Assembly: GCA_951406725.2 (NCBI GenBank)
Contig: OX597839.1
Location: 2,418,001-2,482,000, forward strand
Length of the DNA stretch: 64,000 nt
Origin: Octopus vulgaris
Lineage: Eukaryota
Direction: 5' to 3'
The notes beneath the pieces were generated by a model, which was given only the letters and a program-made list of their open reading frames with translations, was not told where the DNA came from and searched no databases. The translations under genes were made by a program, and so were the position numbers. Positions 62,356-64,000 of this stretch are shown piece by piece; position 1 is the stretch's first letter, and each line of letters starts with the position of its first letter.

Positions 62356-63765
62356 TAGAAAAGAACCACCTTTTATTAATTCAACATTGAAATTACAATG
62401 ATATAATTAAATTATACCAAATTGAAAAAAATTAAATATACGATAAAAACATATACCAATAATTAAGTACAAAATAATAAATAAAAAGTATATAATTGGT
62501 AAAAAGACTACACGTGCTTCGTGGCTATATTTTCAAATCGATAACAGTAAAATCAATTCAATTTAAATACAGTCACTCTTCAGGTCCAAGATAAAAACAA
62601 TAAAAGAATTAAATAAATAAATATACGTATATAATATTGTAGGAAAATATAAATGAATATAAAAATACGTAATTTTACAATAAAAATCAAACAAAATACA
62701 ATAATATATCATAAAATACTAACACAAAATATCTTAACAAACATATTCTGGTATAAATAAAACTAGAATAAATAGGTATAAATATTTATTATATCCATGA
62801 AAATAAATTTTAACTTATATAACTTATATGAAAATAAATCTTAACTTACATGCCACTGGCACATGCACCTGTGCCGGTGGCACGTAAAAAGCACCCACTA
62901 TATTCACGGAGTGGTTGGCATTAGGAAGGGCATCCAGCTGTAGAAACACTGCCAGATCAGAATGGAACCTAGTGCAGCCTCCTGGCTTCCCTGACCCCGG
63001 TCGAACCATCCAACCCGTGCTGGCGTGGAAAACGGACGTTAAACGATGATGATGACGATGATGATTTTAACAATAATAATCAAACACAATACAATTCAAA
63101 AATTAAATAGTACTGTTATATAAATACGTTACTTATCTTATTGAAGAACATTTTATAACTGAATTTTAAACATAAAAACGTAGGCCTTAGCGTTTATAAG
63201 AAATTAAACTCGTGAAGACATTGTGTAAAAAGATAGAATAAATCTATTAATGAAGATGACGAAATATATTTATTAATGAAAATGACGAAAAATATTTAAG
63301 CTTCTAGAATCAAATAATAAGAGAACAACAAATCTATAAATGACTATTTACTATAAATTTAAAATCATTTATTTATTAAGAAATATCCAAGTTTAAACTT
63401 ATTCAAATATAGTAATATAACATATAATAACAAGCTAATTTATACACTAATACAACTAAATTATATCTACAATAAATAAGTAACATAAAATAGGGTTTTA
63501 TATATACGGAAAATTAGCTAAATCTATTATGTAGGTAAATTAATTTATGTTTGCAGCTAATTTTATGCTAATTTTATGTATCAGTAAATTGACCGATACA
63601 TAATTATTATTAAATAATATTTCCTTAAATTCATTATTACACAATAAACAAGAATTACTCCCTATACAATAAGATTTTGCCATACAAATTTAGGCCTCAG
63701 TAAACATATTTGGGAACTTAAATCTAAATGTATTAAATATGAATTAATTTGGGAGATAATTTGTA
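62352..63765. mobile_element. Degraded AT-rich Penelope-like element in CYP copy 2 intron 3
   Basis: Plus-strand HTNLGLSKHIWELKSKCIKYELIWEII (about 63681-63761) resembles the PLE GIY-YIG C-terminus. Hammerhead-like motif on the minus strand at 62505-62587. Sits in a (TA)n tract and is absent from copy 1. Related pieces at 34323-34580 and 43181-43320. Confidence 0.6.
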
Positions 63766-63785
63766 TATGTATCTATATATATATG

Positions 63786-63868
<83 letters not shown>

Positions 63869-64000
63869 AATGGACCTCTTTTAGTTTCCACTTACCATAT
63901 TCACTCACAAGTCTTTGGGTGGCCCAGGGCTATAGAACACTTTTGTCCAAGGTGCTGCATTGTGGAACTGAACACAGAACCTTGTGGCTGGAAAGTAAAC

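Overview
AT-rich, repeat-dense animal genomic DNA. The SINE repertoire and (TA)n/(CA)n density suggest an octopus or other coleoid cephalopod (inference). Host genes: an intronless FADD (3503-4060, +); a complete 14-exon clan-3 (CYP3A/TBXAS1-like) cytochrome P450 reconstructed by hand (21821-50446, +, 528 aa); the first 3 exons of a young tandem paralog (from 61184, +, running off the window); and one isolated intact Mind-bomb REP-domain exon (58370-58474, +). The rest is tRNA-derived SINEs, Helitrons, 8-bp-TSD MITEs, relics of Chapaev3, piggyBac, hAT, Tc1, mariner, gypsy, RTE, CR1 and Penelope elements, and micro/minisatellites. Most interesting signals: (1) about a dozen minimal hammerhead-ribozyme motifs in small, often foldback elements, mostly next to (TA)n tracts; (2) an ORF1-only non-LTR element that shares its 3' tail with a common SINE family; (3) about 96%-identical CYP paralogs whose first introns differ about 50-fold in length and which show 9 nonsynonymous vs 1 synonymous change; (4) the orphan MIB exon between the CYP copies. 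All calls were made by eye, and repeat boundaries are approximate.
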